Positions 11,918 through 24,748 are shown, counted from the first letter of the stretch. The stretch: 62,232 nucleotides of DNA from Guillardia theta CCMP2712 (GCF_000315625.1 NW_005434501.1:1-62232), one strand, 5' to 3'. Notes: generated from the letters alone by a model not told the origin. Numbers and translations are program-made.

Positions 11918-12310
11918 ATGGTTTGTGTCAGGCAAGGAAGGCTACGACTTGCGCCCCTTATTGCACTATCTCATTTTCTAACACCATCGCAATGGGCTGC
12001 AGGTCTGACTCCGAGTCGCAGTGCACGTCCACCACCTCAACAACCAAGGCCCCTCTGTGCTGGCAGCTACGTTAAGAAGTTGTATGGCGACATGTGTGTG
12101 GACGCCAACGGCATGCTAGACTCACTGATCGCAAGTTCGAAGACAAGCGGTGCATGCAGCGATGCCGCAGGCTGCATCGACTCTCTCAGCGTGGCGCCGA
12201 GCACCACTCCGACGAAGAGCATAAGCCATTCAGCATACAGCTTCGCATCCCTGCCCCTAGTTCTCTTGGTTGCGGCTGTGGGTCTGGTGTGGAGCGGCAC
12301 TGGCATGTAG
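11918..12310 (+). CDS. Hypothetical small Cys-containing protein with hydrophobic C-terminus; 5' end uncertain
   Basis: ORF with Cys cluster, S/T-rich linker and terminal hydrophobic stretch (possible GPI/TM anchor). Confidence 0.4.
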   Translation: MVCVRQGRLRLAPLIALSHFLTPSQWAAGLTPSRSARPPPQQPRPLCAGSYVKKLYGDMCVDANGMLDSLIASSKTSGACSDAAGCIDSLSVAPSTTPTKSISHSAYSFASLPLVLLVAAVGLVWSGTGM

Positions 12311-12376
12311 TGGCAAGAGCCTGGGAGGGGTCCGTGGCTCGGTTTCTGCCAAGATTTCAATTGTTGTCAACGTGCG

Positions 12377-12540
12377 TTGTATGTATTCGCTTTCCATCGT
12401 AGAATGAGTAACAATGTGTTGCCTTGCAGATTTCCATGTAATGGGAGATCGATTCAAGAAAATTACATAGCTCACTGTCGAGTTGCCGGTAAGCTTGCAA
12501 TCTGCATCTGAACTGTCTGAAAAAGCATATAGTTGCATCC
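12377..12540 (-). mobile_element. Degenerate Ty1/copia retrotransposon RNase H fragment
   Basis: LYAFSDSSDADCKLTGNSTVSYVIFLNRSPITWKSARQHIVTHSTMESEYI fits the copia RNase H pattern (YSDADWA..STSGY..PISWKSKKQ..VALSTTEAEY). Confidence 0.85.
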
Positions 12541-13951
12541 AATCATGACTAATTTCATCCTGTTTCGTGATCTTATTCGTAGGCGTACACTTTGTGCGGT
12601 GGCAGAGCCAGCAAGAATACTGACGGCGTCTGGCTCGGTACCATCGCCGATCATCGTGAGACTCACTCATCATGAGACTCACACGGGGTTCGGCAGGCTG
12701 AGTGCTGCCGGCAGAAAGGCCCATCATGGTAGCCCTAGCCAAAGCTACAAATGGTTCACAGTAATGACCCCGAGGATCCCATGTTCGTCTTGTTGCAGAT
12801 ATGGGTTCAACCACTTCACTTATTACTCGGCAGGCTTATGTATCTATGCCACGGTATACCATGATCCCCTCGGAGGTACAGGCCTCACGCTCCAGCTCCT
12901 CATCCCAGCTTTGTTGATTGCAACTTAGGGCGCTCCAAGGTGCCTTGGAACCGTTGAGCCTACTATATATGTTCTGCCGTTCTGCCAAACACAGCGATCG
13001 AAGCCTTGCCTCGAATCCTGGGCTCCAGATTCGTATTGCTCGTCGACTTCATCACTTGCCCCACCGTTGTGGTCCTCGTTGCCACCTTTTTCTTGGATCA
13101 ATATGCTTTGAAAAACTTGGAAAGCCCTCTGTCCAATCCCATTCAAGAACTCTCAACATCTGGCTTCCCCTCCCACTTGCTCCCCTTTCCATAGAGCAAT
13201 TGGCTCTGCTCGCCTGATGTTCCAGGTTTTCGTATGGTTGTCCGGATATCTCAACCTCGACCTTTCCATCCCTCTTTTTGTTTCTGCGTTTCTTCTTGCC
13301 AGCAGACTTAGGCTTTGATTCAGCTTTCACACACACGGTCTCTCCTACTGCCTCTTTGCAAGTCTCTCCCGGCCTGCTGTCTTCTCCACATCCTCTTCCC
13401 TGTTTCTGTCTGGCCAACACATCCCTAGCTCTAGATTCGAGCCTCCGTTGAGGGTCAGATTTGAATAGCAAATCACAGCGGCCGGTCCCGGGCCGGCAGC
13501 AGGGCCGAGGCACTACTGCGGCAGTCAGAGTCAAGTGAAGTTTTTACTCATCAACTGAGGGGGTGCGGTTGGATGCAACAGAATTCTGCAAATATAGCTC
13601 TCCTTTTGAGGGATAAAACTCAAAACTATTCAATTCTATAGTTTTGGTTTTTACTTGAACTTAAATATCTTATAATCTGTACCATATTTATACTTCCATT
13701 ATAACTTTGAAATACAAATATTATACAAATATTATGTAAAAACATTTTGAAAGTCAAGTGGCACCACAACCAAAAGATTGGCCATGCTCACCCATTCCTT
13801 CATACCCCAAGATTGCCATACCCCCCTGAGTTTTGCACCACCCCTCCTTGAAGTCTCCTTCGGTACCCACCCCCGTGGAACAATCCTATCATAGCCTTTT
13901 TGAACTACCCCCACCCGAAGAATCTCAATCAACAGGAGACTCTGTACCTGG

Positions 13952-13979
13952 TTTAGGGTTTAGGGGTTTAGGGTTTAGG
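13952..13979. repeat. Interstitial telomeric repeat (TTTAGGG)4
   Basis: tttagggtttaggggtttagggtttagg, inverted relative to the terminal array. Confidence 0.9.
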
Positions 13980-14209
13980 CTCGAAGTTCATCCTCGTACC
14001 CCTCCAAAACCACCCAACCCTTTGTGCTTTACCACCTGCAACAGAAAGTACCCCCACGATCCAGCACCCACCACCTACCCCATCGCGCTGGTAATGAGAG
14101 TGTCGCCAAACAAGGAAGGAATAAAGGGGGAGATAAAATGGCATTGGGGCCGCCAAGGTTCTGCATGGGAGAGGCGATACAGCCGCTGCGATTTTGCGCG
14201 TGTGGGCTG

Positions 14210-15139
14210 ATGGACATCGCTGGCGGCTTCAGGTCCTTTCATGTTGCTTATTCTGACAGCAAGTGTATGTTTGATCCCTATATCAGTTAGTTAAGAGGGC
14301 ACAGTTTGTAGTTTGTCTTCATGTGTGACAACTTGCTTTTGGTCTTTTCAAATTTATCATTGGGACAAAGCTTTCGCAGCTGAAATGAAACACGCAGATT
14401 GTTGTGTATATTCTTTTTGACTTGGAGCGTCGTGGGCTTCATCATGTCGTGCTCTAACCTAACAAGGAGCGAATCGGCGTGGCATGAAAATGGAGTGTTC
14501 AGCACTCATGCAGTCAGCACGATTCGGGTCCTCATTCATTTGTTTTCTATTTGCAATCAGATGATGGGATTGATGGCACATGCAAAGAAAGATGTAAGCA
14601 CACAATTTGCAACCGTATACTGGATTGAAGTGCGAACAGGTCAAAAAAGCTGACATGCACTTCTGGGGTTGGATTGTCTACACAGTCCTTTGCATTTTTC
14701 TTGAAATATTCCGTCTTTCAACCATGTAGTACCCATTTATAGATTATGTGTAGTGCATGTTAACATGGTTGTTATAGAAGCGCGGACGTGAAATCCTTCA
14801 GCGAAGGATCACTGGATCATTGCTTGAGCATGTTCACAAACTCCACAGATACAGACCCGAGGGTGCGGATCGATGCTCACGCTTTTCTCATTTCTAACTT
14901 GACTCCAGGTGATTGCTTGCATGGAGTATGACTCTACTTATTACAAATCCTTCGCTTACTTCTATGGAATATTTTATTTGTTTCTTGGCCTGGGATTGAA
15001 TGCCTATTTCGCATTGGTTGCGAGATCGTACTGGTACTACTTGCATGACGATCGTCTCGTCGCTCTCGGCCAATCTATTCAGGATGAATCTCTCATTCCT
15101 CTGACTCCGCTAGAACAGCAAGCACTCGGCGGGGTATGA
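14210..15139 (+). CDS. Hypothetical multi-pass membrane protein (spliced)
   Basis: Several short hydrophobic exons (LLCIFFLTWSVVGFIM; FAYFYGIFYLFLGLGLNAYFALVA); exact splicing unresolved. Confidence 0.55.
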
Positions 15140-15790
15140 GCTGTAGCTGCATTTATGGGACCTCACCTTTTTAATGGCAGGATGGAAACGTCTATGTGAA
15201 GATGGACAATCTGTTTGGACACAGCAGGAATTGGTGATGCTGGTATATCATACGCAACAATATTGTTCACTTGTGAACGTTACGGCAGCCCGTGTTGAAC
15301 GAAGTCATATTTTTTTTCTTGGGAGAAGATTTGGTTTTCCTCGTGGAAGTTGCACGGAAACCATATTTAGTTCATGCATCTTATCTGATGAAGTCACAGT
15401 CCGCAACTCAGGACCAGATCGGCATGATAGCATTTGTTCGAATCTTGCAGGTGTCAACAAGAGCCTCTAGTGCTTTTTTGTGTATCATAAATCTCTAAGC
15501 AGTAAAATCAACCGATGAATTCATGTCTGGCAAGATATTGCGAATACTAACGTGATGGATCGTTCAAATGATAAGAATGGGTGATATTGTAGAATTGTGC
15601 TGTAATTTTAGTGGAAGAAAGTAAGTCAGCGATACTGCAAGCTTAAACCCTTGTAGTCGAAGACACAGGCTATGCATGATTAATAGGCTGTAAAGAAAAC
15701 AAAGTACACTATGACGTTTCATGTAATCTCGTCGACGAGATAGAAATCATGAGAGCTATGACAATGAAATCGAGGACTTCCATTCCAATC

Positions 15791-16713
15791 TCATGAAAGT
15801 ATCGTCGTCGAAACATCGGGAAATCCGGAAAATTTTGCGACCACTTGATCATTGGCCTTGAAGGACAATGTCTTGCATGTGGCTCCTGTAATCACCAGCT
15901 GATCTTTTCGCAGTGAGTGTCCGCGGCCATGCAGACGATTCACAAACCAGGTCAGACTCTCGATTGGGCCGCCAGCCGGGCATGCGTTACCCTTGCCCTC
16001 AGCCGCTACCCCGCTGTTGATGCAGATCTTGGATTCTACAGCTGCTAGGCTCGCTGGTGTGAACATGCTGGCTTCAAACCTCTCTCCCAGCACAACTCCT
16101 CCTGTCATGAGCGCGTCGTTGAACTTTGCCAGGGGAGTCAACCTGGCATTGAGCTCAGGCGTCATCCTTCTACCACAGCACTCAATCACAGGACGGACAG
16201 CTCCCACTGCCGACCAAACTTCATCAAGAGTGTACGGCATTGAGCTGTCACGTGGTGGAAGATCTCTGGAGATGATGACGCCAATCTGCCAAGACATTGT
16301 GAGAAAAGTAGGTTTAATAGAGAGTGAGGGAGGGGGAGGGGGAGGGAGGGAGGGAGGGAGGGAGTGGGAGGAAAAGGGAGGGAGGGGGAGGGAGGGAGAG
16401 CTCCGCTCACCTCGGCCTCAAGGGTATGCATGTTGAAAGCTGATTGTGACATCGACAATGAATTTTCAACCACGAATTTGTTAAAAATTGGCGCATAGAT
16501 TGCAACTTCTCCCTCAGCACCAGCAGCTCCAAGTTTGTACCCGGCGATTCCGCCAAAGTCAGACTCAGCAAGAGGATGGCTCATCATCTCCTCGTGTGTG
16601 GAATACATGCTCTCAACATCAGCTGGAGCTGCTGGCATGTCCGACTCTCGTTCAATCCATTGTCTCCTTGCCCAGGCACTCATAAATGTATCCGCCGCCT
16701 TCTTCGCTGCCAT
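15791..16713 (-). CDS. FAH-superfamily hydratase/decarboxylase, 2-keto-4-pentenoate hydratase (MhpD)-like
   Basis: GYKLG, LEAE|IGV, RPVIE, GGVVLG, GGPIESLTWFVNRLHGRGHSLRKDQLVITGAT; one GT-AG intron 16286-16410. Confidence 0.85.
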
Positions 16714-17097
16714 TTTCCCCCAAACCTTGAGTTGCAGTAGTTGCAGCTGTTGCAGCTGTAACTGTAGTTGGGATGCAACATTGGAGATGAGTGGGGACGA
16801 GGGCAGAAAACAACGGCTGGAAAATCGGCTGTGTGCAGAGCAAGGATGAGGCTCACGAAGAGCGGCATGCTTGAAGGTGATGAAACAGCTACCATGAAGG
16901 AAAGTTGATGTTCATCTCAAGTTTCCATTACCACTGGGAGTGAGATAGTCCATGCTCAATCAAAACTCCTTTGACCTTCATACAAGCTCGACTCTTGAGG
17001 AAGGGGGAAAAAGAATGCAGATAGCACTCGTCAAGACTTTCTGAGAGTGTTCTCTTCGACAACCTGCAAATTACACTGAGTTGAGCCTTTCCTAAGC

Positions 17098-18816
17098 ATG
17101 CTCGATCGCAAGATTTGGAACTCAGCACCATACCCCTTCGATCGCGGCGGCTGGGCCAAGAGCATATCAACAGGCAAAAGCTCCGCCTCAGCCTCACATG
17201 CACAATTGGAGTCAGCAAAGGCAGCAGCTGGATGGGATGGAAAGGACCAAACCTATGCTCATCACTTCTCCTCTTTACCGCGCGATTCAAGGCCTGCATA
17301 CTATTCGCCATCCTCTCATGATGCGTTACATGGAGTCCAGGTGCAGGGGATTCTTCTGCACACACTATGCAACGCTGATGGTTCTGTACAGAAAAACATC
17401 CTCGCCAGCACAATTAAGAAGCACTCCAGCATATCTGAACGGATCTTTGCTGCTAAAGCCAACAAAGTCGAACTTCTCCAATCCATGCTCGACGCTGATC
17501 CCGGTATGGAGAGCTCAAGAGGAGACAGAGGCATGGCACGGAGAGAAGAGTATGTGCAATCCTCGCTGTGTTTGAGACTGCCACCATAGGAACGAGACTT
17601 GAGGACGCAGACAACTTGGGCCGAACGATTCTCCACGCATCGGCGGCCTCAGGATGTATGTTCCGACGTACTCGTTTTGAGAGTACTCACTATCACATGT
17701 CAAGGTTTAGAGGTGACGAGCTTTCTGTGCGCACGATGCTCTACCCAAGCCAAGCCAAGCAATCAACTTGCCGAACGGGCATATCGTGCTAGTATCACAC
17801 AGGTTGCCTACTTGCCCTTGTCTGTGTGGAAGTCAAAAAGCTGTCATGACTCCGATGTCTCTTGTGCAGCAGTCGAGCAGCAACAGACTGGAAGTAGGAG
17901 ACCTTATGGAGTGGGGGTCGAGAGGCCCGGGCTCTAAGATTGCTGACCGCCGACAGAGGACTCAAACGTTGTTTTGTTTGATTTGAGATGTCTTGCTTGT
18001 TCTTCTTACGTGAACTCAGGTCGCTGAGTTTCCTGAACCTCAGAGACCACGCTGGTGACACCGCCTTGCATCTTGCAGCAGCGCAAGGAAACAACGACAT
18101 CGTGGAGCTGCTGTACTGCCAATATCACCTTTTGGAGCATCTAATGTTTTGCATCAGATTGTCTCGTGGGGTTGAGGTAGAGGTCAGAAACTTTGCTGGT
18201 CGCACAGCATTACACCTTGCTTGCCTCAACTGCAACTTGGACTGCATAAAGACCCTCATGGAAGGTGGAGCGAACGCACGTATGAGGGATAGGGAAGGCA
18301 GGAGACCATTGGACATGTAGGACAGTCTCCCTCCCTCCCTCCCTCCCTCCCTCCCTCTGTCCCTGTCCCTGTCCCTGTCTCACCCTCACTCCCTCACTCA
18401 CTCTCTCTTGCTACTGCCATATCTTCTTGTCTCAATTTCCTCCCTTGCTTGCCCGGCTGCTTTTCCCTGCTGCGCTCAGTGATTTCATCAGACTTCTCTC
18501 TTCTCTTGTGCTCTCTGCTCAATCGTAATTCAGGTCCGATGAGCCTCTTGTGCATGCGCTGCTCCGCGAGAAAGCCGGCAATGAGGTAGCCGTTCGCGGA
18601 GGCCCGACTCCCTTCGGCTGGGGCGACCATGACACTTACGTGGACGCGAATCTCACGGGCTTGGACAAGGTTGCAAAGCTTAGCAGGGGAAGGGGAAGGG
18701 GCACGAGAGAGAAGGGGAGGGCGAGGCATGAGGATGAAGGTATCGTGATGACACTGCTGGCTAAAGCTCAGGCCATCGACACCCAACTACGACCCGCGAC
18801 TTGGAAATTGGAGTGA
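17098..18816 (+). CDS. Ankyrin-repeat protein (spliced)
   Basis: DNLGRTILHASAASG, DHAGDTALHLAAAQG, NFAGRTALHLACLN, DREGRRPLD. Confidence 0.88.
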
Positions 18817-19226
18817 TCCTGCGCAAGCTGACTTACGCCAGGATCTCTGCGTGTGCCCATATTGGTACAAGTTAAAGTGAAATGATGGCCTTGCCTAACA
18901 ATGATGCAACCAGGTATTCTTTCACTGCAAGATCGTTCCCCCGCATCTCTGCTGAAATTTTGGCTTCGCGGTCAACTCCTTCTTCCTAATGCTTCCCACA
19001 ATGTAATGCATGAGTTGCAGGAGAAATTTCTGAGGAGCTTTAGCTTGCATTCAAAATTCTTCCAGGCGGATTAAGGCCCAAGAAAGATGGGTAGAGCAAG
19101 AAACATGAAATGTACGGACAAGGTCGTAATTGTTTTATTAAGCTATACAAAACATACAGGCTTAGAAAAATTGAACAAGTTCATCGATCTAAAGAAAGAA
19201 ATTTCAAATTAAAACACTCGAACTGC

Positions 19227-19460
19227 TTAGTGCGAGGTTGCTGTTGAGTGCTTCAGCCTGTAAACATTCCAGAATCCCATGGAGTTGGTCATGTAGTAGT
19301 AACCAGAGCCGAGTCCAGCCCAGACGAGCACGCCATAGGCCCACACAGCTGGCTTGAGGCCAACGTCACTGTGGTCGCCAGACATGGCGCGAGCCTGGGG
19401 GCGGAGAGAGCGGAGGGAGGAGCGAAGAGCAGGAAGAGTTGAACGAAGTGCGGGAAGCAT
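19227..19460 (-). CDS. 77-aa single-TM protein with mitochondrial-type presequence
   Basis: R/S/L/A-rich leader without acidic residues, one hydrophobic helix, C-ending codon bias, TATA-like CATAAAG about 35 nt upstream. Confidence 0.75.
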   Translation of the reverse strand: MLPALRSTLPALRSSLRSLRPQARAMSGDHSDVGLKPAVWAYGVLVWAGLGSGYYYMTNSMGFWNVYRLKHSTATSH

Positions 19461-19989
19461 TGCCGAGGATGCGGTTGGTGAGGGAGAAAGGCCTTTATGA
19501 AGCCTAGGGAGGAGTGCCTTGGGGCGGCAGGGGTGGGGTCTCGTCAGCAGGAAGGAGGAAGGGTGCTAGGTACTGGAAACGTTTGTCAGCCGGGGGTAGG
19601 TGAGCGATGTTGAGAGCACTGCTGATGGGTACAGAGAGGGGTAGGGTAAGCAACCTCGAACGAAAGAAAAACTCAATCTTAAAACTATTTTGTAACGTTG
19701 ATTTTGTGAAATTGACTTTATTTCAGGAATTAGATTCTATTTTTAAGTTGACAATAAAAGAAGCATAGATGCAAACATTTGACTAAAGAGCCTGCTACCA
19801 ATGAAAAATCAATTGTTTGAAGAATAATAAAAATAAACATTTTCATTTCAGAGCTTTATTGTCAATATTTTTCCTCTTCTTTTTGGTCAATAATTGTAAT
19901 GCGACTTGAGAAAGTTGTCAGAATCTATATATGATGAGCTTGACTATAAATATTTTTAAATGCTATTTGTAAAGGTGTCAATGACTCGT

Positions 19990-21250
19990 TCCACCGTCAG
20001 CCACCGCCACGTTGCGACTCCTCGAAACGCGGCGTAAGCCTAGGCACTGTCTATAGGGGACCCTAGGACCTGTCATACCATTCCTAATAGGTTTGCTAAA
20101 TCATCCTTGTTTATAACTAACGTCCGGTCACCGCCGGAGGCCGGCCGCCGCCAGCGGCCTGAGCCTCGGAGCCTCGCCGGCGGAGCCTTCGAGCCCGGCC
20201 GGCGGCCCGCCGGCGGCATTGCAGGCAAGTCTTTACTCAAAGTTAAGTTAAAGATCAGTAGTGACTCGGAGCGGCCGAGGACGACTCGATGATGGCTACT
20301 ACTACTAGTACGGTACGTGTGACGACTGACTGGAGGCGGATGGCCGCCCACTGATCGGATGGGTTAATCCGAGACCGTTCCGAAGTTCAGCATCGAACCG
20401 TAACTGCGGCGGCATTGAATGCATATTACGGTACGGTACCGGGCGGTAGTATGCACACCTCTCAGGCTCAGTCAATGCGTCCGAGGCTACGCCATCATCC
20501 CGGGTCCATACCGTACGAAGGCCCCGGGGCCGGCGGCCCGCCGGGCCGGGCCCCCGGGGGCCCGGCTGCCCGCCGCGCAGTTACGGTTAAGCCCCCCAAC
20601 AGGTCTTGACGGTCACTGTGAAGGTATCAGTTAAGTTTGGGGGATCGGACAGCAGTCGGCAGGACTCCGACAATGATTCAAGCCGGGTTTGGTTCTCGCT
20701 GTCCAAGTTTTCTCTTCCGAGGCTCGCGGCCGTTTGGCCTGTGCGCGGCGGACAGTCACGGTGGCAGGGTCAAGCCTCCTTCGTCTCTCCTGATTGTCAC
20801 GGGCCTCGCCGCCGGGAGTGACTGATTTTTAACTGACTTCACTTTGAGTAACTTAGTAACTCGTAGGTCGCGGCCTCTCAGGCTCGCTGTCGGCCGGCGG
20901 CCCGCCGCCGGCCGGGAGCCCGGCGGCCCCGGCCGCCGGCCGGGGCCCGTGCCAGACTGCCAGGGACTCCGGGCCCGGACTGAGCCGCCGCAGTGAGCGG
21001 CCGCTCAGTCCCGGTACGGTCCGATCACGGCCCGGTATCATAGTATCGGCAGTGTCACTGATGACAGTGCCAGGACACGGTCGGACGCCGCGGCCAGGCC
21101 CCGTAACGGCGGGACCGTGACCGGGTCACCCCCCGTGTGACTCACGGTCCTGGCACGGTCACTGCCATCATTTGAAATGGCGCAGCCGCTGCCGCGCCTC
21201 GGTCGTTACTCAAAGTTAAGTGCCAGTGCCGGGCCTTGCTTTGAGATTCC
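19990..21250. promoter_or_regulatory. CCGG-rich intergenic island between divergent genes
   Basis: Very GC-rich, dense CCGG/GGCC/GTCAC/ACTCAG words, no credible ORF, three copies of TTACTCAAAGT. Confidence 0.5.
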
Positions 21251-21983
21251 GAGCCGATTCATCAGTCGGGTTAGCTGGGTGAGGGATGGTAAAACAGAGT
21301 ACCCCTCCCAACAACCTTGATCCAATGGAAAGATCTGGGGTGAGGTAGTAGACCGAACCCCATGGTGAACTGATTTAAAAAAACGATGCTGTAGGGTGGG
21401 TCAGTCCTATTGGGCGGGTCAGGAAGGGTTGGTCGGGTGAAGAGGGGTGGTTCATGTTAATGCAAGCAGGGGTACTCAGGTACATGAATCAGGGGAAGGT
21501 TATGGGGTAGGTGGGGTGCGGACATTCGATGACGAAAAATGCTGCAAGGGAATGGGGAAGAGTTAAACAGGAGACGAGGGGAGGGAAGGCATGAAGAGAA
21601 GGCTAACACAATGATATGAAAACGAGATGACAAAGTTAAAGGGGTTCAGGTGGAGAGGTTTTTGATAGCGTAGATTAAGTGCATGATAGAGAGTGAGAAT
21701 ACTCATGGAACAACAAGTCGCAATATGTAGTCTCGCACAATTTTCTGCGGGGAATGGGGAAATGCAGTGTCTCTGTTTGACTCATCTGCTTTCAGATCCG
21801 ATAAGTCATCGTTTGAGAGACAGAAACCTCGTCATGACCCTCGGCGTTTATCTCCAACCAAGTTAACGCCCCTCAGCAACGATTGACCTGTCTCTGTATT
21901 CCTCGACTCGATTGATGTTCAGAGTGAAATGATCTGCGATAAGACAGCTACTTATCGTGAGTGACAAGATTTGGGGGTCATGC

Positions 21984-24748
21984 ATGCCGCAGCTTTGCCG
22001 CAACACAACCCCGCCATGGCTCTCCAGAAGGTGGCGGGGCAAGTTCAACCTGAATCTCTCACTGACACCCAGCTGCGAGAGGTGAGCAACCTTGAAAGTT
22101 AGAGGAGCCTCTGACTCTTCGATCTCTTCCTTAGATTGTGCGTCTACTGCCAGAGGAGGTGGAGCACTTCCGTAAAATGTTCGAACTTGCAGCTGGAAGC
22201 GGTCAGACTACCTTGCAGGGCAGATTGGCAGTCGCCTTCTTCGCTCGCTCTGGTTTACCGCAACAAACTCTCAAGACCGTGTGGGCTACATGCGATCGAG
22301 GACAGAAAGGCTTCTTGACTCGCTCTGAGTTTGTTCTCGCCGCCAGGCTGGTGGCACTTTCTCAGGTCGGTCTGCGGCCTACATTGGAACAGCTCATCAA
22401 CTACAAGCAAAAGTTTCCGATCCCCAAGTTTGAACTGCCAGACAACATCTACACCGACGACTTTGATGTCTCCGAGTCGGAAAGAGCAATCAAGCACGAA
22501 TATGACACCAACACTCAGAAGTGGAGGAGAACTCTGGTCAATGTCGTCATCGATCGGTACGCATTTGCCGAAGGCGCCATGCGAGCCGCGTATCACATGA
22601 GAGATCTGTCGGCCAGCGGAGAGAAGTCTCAGTTTGTCGCCAAGATCGCAAAGGTGATAGGAACGCCTGTAGCCCAGTACTTCGACGATGTTCGGATGCA
22701 AACTGAAGCTCAAAAGTGGGCGCATGAGTTTAACGGCAAGAACGTGCCGAAGCGCGTGGAGTTTATCGCCGCCTATGTCATGGAGCTGATTGACCGTCCC
22801 AACCGACCGATTTGCGGGGTCGAGCTGTTTGTTCCAGGGCAGTACGTCAAGTACAACAACAACTGGGATTGGAGCGACGACCGCCGAAACACCCCGCAGG
22901 TCACAAGATCGTTGACGTACGATCACTGCACGCGATCTCATGCGTGTCCCGGCAGGCCTTTTCACACTTCACCTGGGAGGCAAGCAACCACCAGCTGCTC
23001 ATCTGTGATATTCAGGTGGACTTGTTGCTTAACTTCCCCTCTCCTCTCCTCATCCTCCCTGTCTCCGCTTCTCTCCTACTCCCCAAACTTTACGCTTCTC
23101 TACCTCTACTCCCTTCCTACCTCCTCCCCTTCACTCCATCCCTGATTTTGCTGCAGGGAGTGGCGGACAAGTACACGGACCCGCAGATTCACTCGATCAA
23201 CGGAGGAGGATACGGGCAGGGGAACCTGGGGATGAAGGGGATCATGAAGTTCCTCGAGAGTCACACGTGCAATCACATCTGCAGATTCCTCAAACTCCCG
23301 GCAAAAGCCAGCAAGCGAACAGACGTGGGGACTGTGGTGATGGGAGGACACGGGCAAGGAACGCATGCTCCGCATCAGACCAAGTCTCCTGGCAAGATGG
23401 AGGAGGTGGTGAGGAACCTCCAGGTGCAATGGCAGCAGCAGCTGCAGGGGCTGCAGCAGCAGGCGCAGAACATCGCAATGGCAAAGTTGAATGCAGAGAG
23501 GAGAAAGATGCAAGAACAGCACATGTTAGAGCAGAAGGAGCAGCAGAGACTGCTAGGTTCCTCTCCTCTCGCCCTTCCCTTGCCCGCCGAATTCTGATTT
23601 CTGTGCAGAGATGGAGCGACGAAGGCTGGAGGAAGAGAAGATGAGATGGCTGGAGTCGGAGAAGAAGAAGCTGGGAGACCAGATGGAGCGAAGGCTCGAG
23701 GACGAGAGTGAGGCAGGCACTGGAGCATGCGAGTGAGCTGACGGCGTTCGCAGGACGGAGGGTTGAGAAGGAGGACGTCCAAGAGTTTCACGTTGCTGGA
23801 GGACCGCTGGACAGACCTTCAGCTGGGCAGAGCATGCGGAGGATCATCGGGCAAGTGGATCCTGCAGGGCTGACGGAGCTCTTTGACCTCAAGAAGCCTC
23901 TGCCTCCACACAAGGAGGCGAACGTGGGCGCGATGGCTGCGAGACGAGACTCAGGTGGAGGAGACAGTCTACATGAGCTGCAGCTCTTGAAGGATGCGCT
24001 TCCCGAGCACTGGGTGCGATTCGAGGAGACTCAAACCTTTTTTTCCGTCCTCCCCGCCTCTGCTCCTCCTCCTGCTCCTCCTCCTGCCCCCGCCCATGCT
24101 CCTGCTCCCGTTCCCGCTCCCGCAATCGCCCCAGCTGCAGCCCCAGCTCTTGTTAATCGTCCTCCTCGCTTCCAACACGGGCTTGACGAACTTCACGGAA
24201 TCGTCTTGGACTTCGGGCATGTGACTCCTAGGGTCGATCAGATGGCAGCCTCGAACGATGAGACAGCAGCAGCAGCAGCAGCAAGAGGAGGGGAGAGCAG
24301 GGCGGTGGATGAAGGAGCGAGAAAAGGAAGCGAGAAGGAGGAAGAGGCGCAGGAGGCGAAGAATGAGTTCGACACGTGCATGGAAGACAAGGACAGGAAC
24401 TCAGGGGATCTGAAAAACTGCATGCTCCTCAAGGTATCGCAAGAGCTGGACAAGATGCAGGACAAGAGTTGGACCCCGGCGCAGGAAGAGAGGCGAGTGT
24501 ACTCCCACTTTCCTTCTTCCCTTCTTCTCTACCCCTTCTCCTGCTCCTTCTGCTCATGCTCCTACTTCTCCTCCTCCCCCTCGTTTTTGTCATACCCTCC
24601 CCTTTCATCCTCGTCCCTCTGTTTTTCTCTCTTCCTGATCCTCAATCACTCTCGTCTTGCCTCATTCTCTCAGCAGGAAGATAGAGGAGGAGCATCCCTG
24701 CTTTGCGTTTGCCAATCACCACGTGGCGAAGGTGAAGGAGAGGAGTAG
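21984..24748 (+). CDS. EH domain + alpha-kinase (eEF2K/MHCK family) + coiled-coil protein; ends approximate
   Basis: EH: AVAFFARSGLPQQTLKTVWATCDRGQKGFLTRSEFVLAARLVALSQ; kinase: FAEGAMRAAY, YVKYNNN, TPQAFSHFTWE, LLICDIQGV, YTDPQIHS, GQGNLG, HTCNHIC. Confidence 0.92.

Noticed and set aside
20073-21041. Pro/Arg/Gly-rich ORFs in the GC island (also 49489-50243 and 53545-54010)
   Set aside because: Expected from very high GC content; no domain or splice pattern
22255-22965. 236-aa antisense ORF over the kinase (and similar shadows over DPH2, PP2C and the hydratase)
   Set aside because: Antisense shadows of real coding exons
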